Shown: positions 21,900 to 31,343 of the stretch, one piece after another | How positions within the stretch are numbered: position 1 is the first letter of the stretch | Layout of the letters: the number at the start of each line of letters is the position of its first letter | Source of the DNA: Andalucia godoyi And28 | Lineage: Eukaryota > Protista > Jakobida | DNA: 64,000 bases | Reading direction: 5' to 3' | Assembly: GCA_009859145.1 (NCBI GenBank) | Contig: VRVR01000039.1 | Location: 64,162-128,161, forward strand | Notes under the pieces: model-generated | Seen by the model: the letters and a program-made list of their open reading frames with translations, nothing else | What the model was told of the DNA's origin: nothing | The model's database searches: none | Made by a program: the position numbers and the translations under genes

Positions 21900-22545
21900 A
21901 TCCAACCCACAACAATCAACAAACTTAAAATATTCTGAATTTAAATCTTAACAAGTATTACAAAACCATACAAGAAGCATCGGTCCTCAAAAAATAAGCT
22001 ATTATGACGAAAGGCTTGCGGAAGGATTTTGGGGAAAACGAGAGGCAGTTCGAAATTGATGCTTGATGCTAGGGTTATTTTTATGGCACAAGGGAAGAAA
22101 AAGTTTTTTTGTATTTTGCACAGGGCATTATTGGAAAGAATCTCGTGTCTCCGAGGTTGTGTATGTGATTTTGTTTAATTATGTTTTCTGCACTGACTTT
22201 TCTTGCGTAAGGATTAAGGAATCATCATGCATAATAACAGTGGTTTCTCGATTTACGTATCGATGTAGTTTTTCGTTTTTTCCCTGATCGTGCTCTCCTC
22301 CACAAAACAAGGGTCCAAGCACGGAACGGAAGAAAAGAAAACGGGTGGTAACCGCAGTACGTGAGCGTATGAGCAAAAGCAGCGACTCCCGCAGCTGGGG
22401 GGAAAGCCTGATTTTCTCTGAACTCCTCAACCACGAAAAAGTCCTCGGTTGGCCAACAGACGACGTTAGCATCTGCCCAAAAAAGAAAGGAAAAATAAAC
22501 TGTTCACTGGCCGTTTTGCCATCCAAACGAGGAACGCTTAAAAAG

Positions 22546-25092
22546 ATGCAAAGGCGTGGGCTTCTTGTGGTCTTGCTATTGGTCGTGTTTGCCATTTCAA
22601 GAGTGCGAGGGCAAGCCGATGCATGTACAATCCGGCAGCGATCGCAGCTGACGCTTTCTTCGCTTTCCGCGTGTTTTTCGCTGCTTCCGTATGACCGCAC
22701 GCGGGCTTTCCAGCTCTTTGCTGGCTTGCAGTCAGCAGCCGATTTGTACGTCCAGTCGGATCTTCTAAGCGTTTCCACGAACAACAGGGTCGCCATCAGC
22801 AACACTTTCGAAAACGACGACAACAGCGTGAATACCTATCCGGGGTTCGATCCTCTGCCGCAAAACCTTTCGACAATGATTCGAGATCTTGGCAACACAC
22901 CTTGGCCAAACGACTATGAAATGCACAGGGCGATATGGGGACTGCTTCAACGTGCGGGAGACTTTAATCTGCGCTACTTTGGACCCACAAACTACAATGC
23001 ATTTTCACTCGTTTTTCCTTTTTCTCTCGCCTTCTCATCGCTACCCACCATCGCGTCAGCGGCAGACGCAGGAGCGCCAGAGATTGTGTTCACTGCAGCG
23101 AGTGTGGCAGTGTTTTCCGATGGGACTTCCACGTATGATAATTATCGGGTTGGCGCGGCGCGGTTTGCGGATCAGGTGGGGAAGGTGGTGACCGCAGTGA
23201 ACGGACTTGCGCCAATGGACTTTGTGCGATCCATGTGGATGCCGCGTTGGGGCGTGTCCAAAGATGCGAGTGCAAGGCTCAATTCGGTGTTGTATGCGCT
23301 GGCACAGACTCCAGCGCCTGCTTTTGAGTTGTTCGATCACTTGGCGTTTGACTTTGGCGGCGATCCGCAAAGCGTGGAAATCCGGTTTGCAGATGGATCG
23401 TTGGTCGCGGCTCCATGGATTGTCGACGTTCCGTATGCATCATTTGCAAACGCTGATGATTTCTACCGTCGAAACTTAATTGGCTCAACGCACAGCAATC
23501 TCAACTCGGCCAGCGCGAGTACGTATTGCCGAATTGCGCGTCATGGTCCTGACGAAGCGAATCGGGACGCAGATGACGACGTAGCGCGGCACGAAGCAAA
23601 AACGGCGAAGAAAATGGAAAATCCAGCGATGGCCAATTTTCTGACTGTCCAGTTCGCGAGTGGTGATGATGCGATGGGTGTGTGGTGCGCCACGGGGTTC
23701 AATTCAGCAGAACGAGGAGGAGGAGGTGGTGGTGGTGGTCCGCCAGGCACAAAGGAGGACACGCTTCTGCTCCGACTTGCATATTTTTCGCCGCCCGCCG
23801 AAAATCAAGGGTTTGAAAAGTACCTCGAAGCTCTTTCGCAGTGTCTGAACTATGCAAACTCTACAAACCTGAGACGGCTCGTCATTGACTTGCGGCACAG
23901 CCACGGTCAGGACATGTGCCTTGCGACATACATGATGAATATGATCTTCAGCTCGAAGTGGGGTTCGCTTCTTCAGTCGGCTGCCGATGGAAGTGTGCTT
24001 CGTAACTCACTGGAAGTATGGGACCTAAAGAAATCAAAGACGCTCAATTCCATAGTCGACTGCATTGGATCTGCAGCCGCGTCGTCATCGTCATCGTCAC
24101 CCTCTTGGTCACCCCGCATTGATCCTGCGTCGCTAGACTACTTGGAGGGCGTCAGTGCGTGGTACACAACCTCGGTATCGAGTTCCGCGCCTGGTGCTCC
24201 GCGGCCCGGATCCACATTTACTGCCAAAGCGCTGTTCCCTGGCGCGTGCGTGAAATCGATTTCCCAAACCGCCACTGGGATTTTCAGTTCGACGGCATCG
24301 AATTCTTGGACGTCAGTCGTGATGATGACCGATGGCTTATGTCGCGGTGCATGCTCATACTTTTTATCGCATGTCCGGCGGGTCGGTTCTGCTGCCATCA
24401 TCGCGAAGGGCGGGCTGCCGGACTCCAATCTTATGGATTCTTCGACTTCGTCATCGTCCTCCCTGCAATGGAACGCTTTTGTGGACTTACTCTCAAAGTC
24501 GTATTCTGATGCACAGAGTCGTGCGCAGATTGTGCAGTTCCCCTTTCGGTCGACCCTGCTGTTCCACGCAGATGAAATGTACCTCGGTGCTCAAAATGCT
24601 GCGACTGCACCTGGAATTCCACGTGACTTTGTGCGCATTCCGCCAGATGTCCGCGATCTTTCCTGGAACTTCCAAGAAGACGGCGTCATCTACGATTCCA
24701 CGCAGGCTTACTACCAACCGCTCAGCATGCAGATTTCGTACAGCAAAGCGTATTCAGCCGCGTATGCGGCAGTACAGAATGACACGCTCTTTTCTTTGAC
24801 TGTTCCGCTGGCAGCGTCGTTTGTGCAGTCTGTGGAGTCACAGGGGAAATCCGATCCCAGTTCGCTGAGCGCTTGTTTTTCGCAGCAGGATACGACCTCT
24901 GGCTCAGGCGATGACAAGGCCTCGGACACAGTCACCGTGGTCGTCGTGATTGTGGTGTTGCTTGTTGTGCTCGCAAGCGCGATCGCGGGATTCTTTGCGT
25001 ACAAGAAACGAAGGGAACGATTGCAAAAGGCAAAGTCCAAGCAGTATGCGTTTTTGGATCAAGCTGATGCAGCCAGATACCAACAATTTTGA
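22546..25092 (+). CDS. Type I membrane protein with CPAF/fungal-type peptidase S41-like ectodomain (probably inactive)
   Basis: Signal peptide MQRRGLLVVLLLVVFAISRVRG from ATG 22546, DASARLNS, LVIDLRHSHGQ, VMMTDGLCRGAC, C-terminal TM (VVVVIVVLLVVLASAIAGFFAY) and a short basic tail. Confidence 0.7.
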   Translation: MQRRGLLVVLLLVVFAISRVRGQADACTIRQRSQLTLSSLSACFSLLPYDRTRAFQLFAGLQSAADLYVQSDLLSVSTNNRVAISNTFENDDNSVNTYPGFDPLPQNLSTMIRDLGNTPWPNDYEMHRAIWGLLQRAGDFNLRYFGPTNYNAFSLVFPFSLAFSSLPTIASAADAGAPEIVFTAASVAVFSDGTSTYDNYRVGAARFADQVGKVVTAVNGLAPMDFVRSMWMPRWGVSKDASARLNSVLYALAQTPAPAFELFDHLAFDFGGDPQSVEIRFADGSLVAAPWIVDVPYASFANADDFYRRNLIGSTHSNLNSASASTYCRIARHGPDEANRDADDDVARHEAKTAKKMENPAMANFLTVQFASGDDAMGVWCATGFNSAERGGGGGGGGPPGTKEDTLLLRLAYFSPPAENQGFEKYLEALSQCLNYANSTNLRRLVIDLRHSHGQDMCLATYMMNMIFSSKWGSLLQSAADGSVLRNSLEVWDLKKSKTLNSIVDCIGSAAASSSSSSPSWSPRIDPASLDYLEGVSAWYTTSVSSSAPGAPRPGSTFTAKALFPGACVKSISQTATGIFSSTASNSWTSVVMMTDGLCRGACSYFLSHVRRVGSAAIIAKGGLPDSNLMDSSTSSSSSLQWNAFVDLLSKSYSDAQSRAQIVQFPFRSTLLFHADEMYLGAQNAATAPGIPRDFVRIPPDVRDLSWNFQEDGVIYDSTQAYYQPLSMQISYSKAYSAAYAAVQNDTLFSLTVPLAASFVQSVESQGKSDPSSLSACFSQQDTTSGSGDDKASDTVTVVVVIVVLLVVLASAIAGFFAYKKRRERLQKAKSKQYAFLDQADAARYQQF

Positions 25093-25384
25093 TTCTCCTC
25101 TCTCAGGCTCGCAATCTCTGTTTCTCTATCGCTTTCACATCGAAAATTTCCCAGCATCCTGCGTGATGTGTAGACGATGCAGTGAGTCAAAAGTGTTCCC
25201 AACGTTTTGCAGATCTCTCAAATGGGGGAGACTCTCATGCTGGTCTCCTCAACTCGATTCGGTGGCAATTTTCATTATTATTTATTATTATTATTATTAT
25301 TTTTTCCTTCTATAAATTAATGAATTTTAGCAATTAAAATAATAAATCAAAAGACGGCATCTTGATGTCTTGTTTATTGCGGAT

Positions 25385-28063
25385 TTATATTTCTGTCATA
25401 ATTCTCCGTTTTCGAATCAACAACTGTTGGTCTGAACGAAGATGTAAATAGACACGATGGAAGAGTACGGTTTCGGGGCAAGAGATGTGCTGGAGGTTCG
25501 GAAACGTCTTGGCATATCCGTGCGCGATCCACTCGGCCGCAGTCACGACGCGCTTTTCAACGGAGAGCTTTGCGCGATCAAAGAACGAGATTGAACGGAG
25601 ATTGGGAAAAGACGTCGGATCGACGCTCATCGTTCGCTCCGTATCGAGAATCACGGACTGAAGAGAAGGACAGCGGATATGGAAAACAAGTTCAGATGAA
25701 ACACGGGCGCGTGAAACTGCCTGTTTCGGGGGCTGCATGTACCCACCGAAGCCGGAAGGTGAATCCACGAACCTTGCTTGGACAAGGTCCTTGAAATCAG
25801 ACAGGTCAATCATCATTTGATCGCCAGCAATCGCTGTATCTTCGAAACTCTCTGGAATGTGGACGACGATTGATTGCGTCGCCCAGCTGTGCGCGCTCTT
25901 CATCACTGCACCGTCTTCCCGATCAAGGATTGGATCGATTCGCAGAAGTACCGGATGGTCTCGAGAGACTGCATCGTGCAGAGCCACAGAACAGTGCAAT
26001 TCCTTGGCATCGTTCGTGTGCATCGTTGATTTTTTGGCACCACCAGAACTTGTGAATGGACTTGCTGGAGACAGGGAAGGATGCTCCGTCACGCTTGGCA
26101 CCACAATTCGGAACGTGGATTGCAGGCCAACTTCATTGATGCGGCAAACTGTTGTCCCCGGAAACTCGTGGAGTATCGTGAGAGAGACAGCAACGTCCTG
26201 CAGCGCACGGACAGACAGGGATCTTCGCTGCACCGTTGCAACAATCAGATTGCTCAACGAGGGATGACCAAGCACATCCAGACTGTCTGCTACAAAATCA
26301 GACTCCATAGACGAAATCGAAGAGAACTTGCGGTTGGTCAAAATGTCAGTGGCAGCTGTCGTGTCACACACAAAACAGTACGACGCGGACACCAATTCCA
26401 GAGACCTTGCAGAAGAATGATCCAGCAAGATCCAGCAAAGAGGACGCTCCAAAGCACACCTGCCATACCTTTGATACGCATCATCCGCATCGACGACAAT
26501 CTTGTTCAGAAACCGCGTATTCTCAATTCGTAGAGTCGGCGACCGAAAGGAGTCGGCAAGCGAAGGGTCTCGATCTGCATCCGTGTGCCACACGGCGACT
26601 GCATCATCGCGACGAGCAGGGGTGCACAGGTTTACTCGGAGGCGCTCTAACAACGGGAGTCTATCAAGAACGAGTTGAAGCAACAGCGCATCATGCTTTC
26701 GATCCAAAACAGGTGGCGCCCACGCAAACTCGAGCGATCGGAGTGATTCAAACTGGACCAACTTCAGTCCATGGCGATGCACGGATCCTACCTGCAGATT
26801 CTGGATAGACCGACCGCAGTCCACAATCGTCGAGATCGCATCGCTGAGCAGCACGCCGCCGTGGACGGAAACAGTGCGAACTTGCTCGGCTGTTGGGAGG
26901 AAATCGTCGAATGCCAAATCTAGGACGCCACCTGCACGAATTGGAACCGGCAGTCGATCAAGCAACAAGCTTGAAATCACGACCATTCTCTCTCGCCACA
27001 ATTTGAACATCACCAGAGTCTGCGGATTGAACGTGCTGGATCGACTCTTCCAAATCTTCTCCAGAGGAGCAAAATCATTGGCCATCAACTCGGAACTGGC
27101 TCCAAACGACACTCGAACTCCCTGAGCACGGAAAAACGTAATCATTTCCACCCAGTCGTATGATCTCGGCAGGAACATATCTGCAAACTCCAGAAAGAGA
27201 TAATCGACTTGCGATTTGACATATTGCAATATCTGGCGGGAGACCACGGACCAGTACTGCATCACAAGCAAACTGCGGTGGCCAAGATGGACGTGCATCG
27301 ACACGCAGCACACACAGTTGACATCAGATTTCACTCGGCGAGCCAAGAGCGGATCGTCCTGGGAAAGCGACGACGCCCAACCCATCCCTTCGGCTTCGAC
27401 ATGCAGATGAACGTCCACTTTCTCATTGAGGGAGCACAACACAGTGAAGACCTTCATCAGAATGACGGGCACCAAAGACGAGAATATTCGGTCCCCTTCG
27501 TTTCGTGTTGCTCGACTTTGCGGAGACTCCGGAACCCGATCCTCGTCCCCTGCTCGCAACGACTGAAATATCTCAGACAGTTCATGGGACTCCATGACGT
27601 GTCTCGAAAGAACAATGCTTTCAAACTGCTCGGGTTCCGTAACGCTGTTGATGACGTCCAAGAAGAACGAAGTAGACAGCAGTATGTCGACTCGGCCGGA
27701 GTTTCCAGAAGAATTGATAATTCCCACTGTCTGAGCTAGATCACTCAACGTCTCGCACAAAATCGGCAGATTGGAGAGGACGGAGTCACCATCTTGCATC
27801 GGTCCACTGAACGTTAGACTCTCCGGATACATTCTGGATAGTCTGGAGAACGTTTCGGAATGGATTGCATCCATGGAAAACTCGGAGCCTGTATCTTTGG
27901 ATTGCTGATTCAATGGCTTGCAATACTGCATCCCGATCTTCGGGAAGAAGTAGTGTTTGACGACGTACGCCCAAGCCGAGTTCAGTTGACGAAGAACAAC
28001 ATGATCCTCAAACGAGGAAAATTCGATGATCCGTTGAACGCAATTCACCGGAAGATCGTTCAT
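25385..28063 (-). CDS. F-box-like protein, 892 aa
   Basis: N-terminal DLPVNCVQRIIEFSSFEDHVVLRQLNSAW fits the F-box consensus; the remainder is LRR-like and unrecognised. Confidence 0.6.
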   Translation of the reverse strand: MNDLPVNCVQRIIEFSSFEDHVVLRQLNSAWAYVVKHYFFPKIGMQYCKPLNQQSKDTGSEFSMDAIHSETFSRLSRMYPESLTFSGPMQDGDSVLSNLPILCETLSDLAQTVGIINSSGNSGRVDILLSTSFFLDVINSVTEPEQFESIVLSRHVMESHELSEIFQSLRAGDEDRVPESPQSRATRNEGDRIFSSLVPVILMKVFTVLCSLNEKVDVHLHVEAEGMGWASSLSQDDPLLARRVKSDVNCVCCVSMHVHLGHRSLLVMQYWSVVSRQILQYVKSQVDYLFLEFADMFLPRSYDWVEMITFFRAQGVRVSFGASSELMANDFAPLEKIWKSRSSTFNPQTLVMFKLWRERMVVISSLLLDRLPVPIRAGGVLDLAFDDFLPTAEQVRTVSVHGGVLLSDAISTIVDCGRSIQNLQVGSVHRHGLKLVQFESLRSLEFAWAPPVLDRKHDALLLQLVLDRLPLLERLRVNLCTPARRDDAVAVWHTDADRDPSLADSFRSPTLRIENTRFLNKIVVDADDAYQRYGRCALERPLCWILLDHSSARSLELVSASYCFVCDTTAATDILTNRKFSSISSMESDFVADSLDVLGHPSLSNLIVATVQRRSLSVRALQDVAVSLTILHEFPGTTVCRINEVGLQSTFRIVVPSVTEHPSLSPASPFTSSGGAKKSTMHTNDAKELHCSVALHDAVSRDHPVLLRIDPILDREDGAVMKSAHSWATQSIVVHIPESFEDTAIAGDQMMIDLSDFKDLVQARFVDSPSGFGGYMQPPKQAVSRARVSSELVFHIRCPSLQSVILDTERTMSVDPTSFPNLRSISFFDRAKLSVEKRVVTAAEWIAHGYAKTFPNLQHISCPETVLFHRVYLHLRSDQQLLIRKRRIMTEI

Positions 28064-28572
28064 GTCGGTATCCGTAACAGTGTCGAAATCTCTTCTCTCT
28101 CTCTCTCGCTCTCTCTCTGTCTGTCTTTAATATCATTCGAGAAGAGCAAACTTCCGAACGAACAAGGATTCTGCCAACGACCGGTTCTGCGTGCATTCCG
28201 TTTCCCATCCTCCTTGCCGTTCCAGAGCCAAATGGCAAAACAATACACACTCTCACAGGAAAACCAGTGGACACTTCGATGGAAGACCTGCCTGAGATGG
28301 CACACGAGCAAGATCTTGAGCTTTGCAGCACGTACAAGCAGACATGCCCAACACGAGATGCCGCTCACGTCAGCCACCCTCAACACTGCTGTGGAAGATT
28401 GCCAAAATCTGAAAAACTCGGGGGACAGCAGGGGGGAACGTTTTCTGCTGCAGCTGCGAACTGCAATCAAACCGGGAGCTGGCGGCATAATAATAATACC
28501 CGTACGACATTCGCCTTTCAAGTATCGACTGCTGTTTGGTTCAGTGCTGCACAAAAACTTTGCGAAAGAAGA

Positions 28573-30669
28573 CTACATGGAACTTAAAGCGAGCGGCCAC
28601 AAGTCGATTTTGAGCGTTGCAGTCGGATTCGACGAGTCCGCGCGATCCAACTCCCTTGCGCTTTGAAGAGGTTGTCGGATCCGCCACAAGTGCTCCGGGT
28701 ATCCGTCCATCATCAAGTCAACAATTCGAAGACCAGAGTCTCCGATATGCGTCGGCAGCTCTGCGACGTATGCATCTCGCCACTCGTAGACCAGCTTGGA
28801 TGTAGATTCCACCGCCTCCTTCACGCGTGCGTCCAGTCCGGCAGTAAACAAATCGAACAAAGTCTTGGAGGAGGCCATGCTGAAGATGAAGGCAGACTGT
28901 GGTTCAGTGGTGATCCAATCCCAGGAGACCCACCATCCGAGCTCTCGATGAAGAAATCTGTGAAACTCCATTTCCTCGCGAATTTCGTTCGGTGCCATTC
29001 CGGAAGGACACGGCGTAATGTCAAAGAGAAAGCAGCTTCCATACAACAGACAAGTGCGTGCGATGCGTATAAACTGCTCCACATTTTCATATCCAAGTTC
29101 CAAGCAGGTGTTTCGTAGCGTTTTCTCGTCATCTGCTGTCACGAGGCGCGAAGCAGACGACTTCCCCCTGAGAGTCGCCGCCACCACGCTTGATACATTA
29201 TGGGTGACATAGTACGCTATGAACTTGAGAAGATGGTCAGTCATGCCCGCATCCTGGTTAAACTTGACGCGCACGCAGCGCTTCAACGGAACCACAAGGC
29301 TAAGCGGCGAGAATGTGCTGCGAATGCGGGACCCTAAGTCACTACAGTCTTGCTCGGGAAAATGGAGCCCAGCGAACAAGCAGACAGCATGAGGAAGCAG
29401 CAGCTTTTCCATTGCTTTTGTAAATCTCTTTCCAAACTGCGGATGCCTCATCACAGACACAAACGGGTTCGACTTCAGTTCATCCGGAACAGCCGCGAGA
29501 AACGGGACCTTGAAAGGAAGCATGCCCATAAGCCCCGCCTCCAAAGGCGGACGATTCCCAAAACCCCCAACGACGCCAAGAGACGCAGACTTCACCGTTC
29601 GAGCAGCATGGAGCAGCATATCTGTCGTTTCGTCCAAGAACCTCATATCCTCTTCGTTCATTTCGATGTCGTTCATTTCCTCGTCATTGTCCTCTGTCGA
29701 GGAGGAGGACGACGCAAGTGGCCGTTTGATGGGTATTCCAACAGGAACCACAACAGCAGCAGGAACTGGCGCAGGGACAAGCGTGTCGAGACCAGGGGAC
29801 CGTCGCTTGGAAGGCGGCGTTGCTACAGATGCCGGCGGCGTCATGGGAACAGCCGAAACACACCGCGCAGTCGTCTGATCCACTGCGTTCTCCATGCTGG
29901 ATTTCTTCGCGAGAGCTGGCTTTTTTGCAAGAGGCTCTTCGACGTCTGGAGAACCACCAGCCATCGCCGTGAAATGGACTGTGGTTCTATCGCCCATTTT
30001 TTCTGCTTCCCTCCACAGTTCCATAAAGTGCGCTGCAGGTTTCTTGTCCGCGACGGAGGATGCAAGTGACGTCGGACTCTCTTTAAACGGATGCTTAGCA
30101 ACGATTGTTTGGAGTTCGATCTTGCGTCGCTCTCTCTCTTTTTCGTCATCTGCGACTGTCTTGAACTCGGTTACCGGTACATCGACCACGAGGACATCCA
30201 TCGCGGACTCGTTGGCAATCTGGAGCAGCTGACTTCGGGCACAAAACAGTTCATAAATGATTTTCTGCTCGGTGCTGACGTCATTCAGAGAGAACTCGCG
30301 GGTCGAAAACACCAGCAGACTCGTTCGTCGCGGATCCCACTTTGACTTCATCTTTTGATTTTGTCCAGAGGTAATGTACCTCCCAGAGACCACAAAGAAC
30401 TGTATCTGCGGGATGAAGTTTGCAACGCGGAGCCGGAACTTCGGCTCCTGAAACAGCCGATGCATCATGAGTGACGTAGGCCGCACAGGGGTGTCAAACT
30501 CCCCCTGTGAAAACCTCTCGTCAAACAGCGAAAGCACACAGTGCGCTTCTCGGACAGTTATATACTGTCGATGTTCCGGATACACATATCGCAGAGCATA
30601 GCCGTATAGATACGCAAGCCGACCTGCAACACTCTGCGCATTCAAGCCATCCCAGCTTTCATGATGCAT
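28573..30669 (-). CDS. Hypothetical protein, 698 aa
   Basis: Long ATG-initiated ORF with two globular-looking halves joined by a Pro/acidic linker; no family recognised. Confidence 0.75.
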   Translation of the reverse strand: MHHESWDGLNAQSVAGRLAYLYGYALRYVYPEHRQYITVREAHCVLSLFDERFSQGEFDTPVRPTSLMMHRLFQEPKFRLRVANFIPQIQFFVVSGRYITSGQNQKMKSKWDPRRTSLLVFSTREFSLNDVSTEQKIIYELFCARSQLLQIANESAMDVLVVDVPVTEFKTVADDEKERERRKIELQTIVAKHPFKESPTSLASSVADKKPAAHFMELWREAEKMGDRTTVHFTAMAGGSPDVEEPLAKKPALAKKSSMENAVDQTTARCVSAVPMTPPASVATPPSKRRSPGLDTLVPAPVPAAVVVPVGIPIKRPLASSSSSTEDNDEEMNDIEMNEEDMRFLDETTDMLLHAARTVKSASLGVVGGFGNRPPLEAGLMGMLPFKVPFLAAVPDELKSNPFVSVMRHPQFGKRFTKAMEKLLLPHAVCLFAGLHFPEQDCSDLGSRIRSTFSPLSLVVPLKRCVRVKFNQDAGMTDHLLKFIAYYVTHNVSSVVAATLRGKSSASRLVTADDEKTLRNTCLELGYENVEQFIRIARTCLLYGSCFLFDITPCPSGMAPNEIREEMEFHRFLHRELGWWVSWDWITTEPQSAFIFSMASSKTLFDLFTAGLDARVKEAVESTSKLVYEWRDAYVAELPTHIGDSGLRIVDLMMDGYPEHLWRIRQPLQSARELDRADSSNPTATLKIDLWPLALSSM

Positions 30670-31343
30670 TCTTCACTTTTCTTTTTTCTTTTTCTTTCCT
30701 TTCCTTTTTCCTTTCCTTTTCGCTTTTCCCTTTTTTCAGTTAATTACCGCAGTTCTGACGTCGCAGACGATCGCGTTCACTACGGTTCTCCGATTTCGTG
30801 ACGGTGCCAAATAATAATAATAATAGTAACAGTAATAGTAATAATAATAATAGTTGCTCTTGTCAAAACACCGTGGCTGAAAAGAAGCAACGTAATGCCA
30901 GTTATCACTTACTCCTTACCACTTACTGCTGATTTGCTCAATGCTTACAAACAACTGCTCTCAGCGTACTGTGCTGCATAGGTCGGAGTATTGGAAGGTG
31001 TTGTTGATAGCTGACAGTTCCCCCCACTTTAAACCTCACGGGGGAAACTCCCTTTTGTTTCCCTAAAAGATCCGGCACACTACTTTTCGCACGAACCATC
31101 ACTACAGTAGGTTCCACGGGCGCTTAATGCTGAGGCCAAAGTTGACCGCAATTTGGAACTTGCTACGTCTGTCTTGGCAGTCGACGCACGGTGCGGACGT
31201 CTTTTGCTCCTTCCTCGTCACGTGCTTGCGTGGGGAACCCGACGCTGATCGCCCGGTATGATGATGATGATGATGATGATGATATTGTTGTTATTATTAT
31301 TGTTATTGTTGTTGTTGTTGACGGTGATGCGCAAGAACGAGAA

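Noticed and set aside
31040-31135. GGAAACTCCC...CACGGGCGCTTAAT like RNase MRP/P CR-I and CR-V, and CCCTAAAA like a telomerase template
   Set aside because: The spacing is too short for MRP/P, P4 pairing is poor, and there is a single short template-like word with no supporting structure
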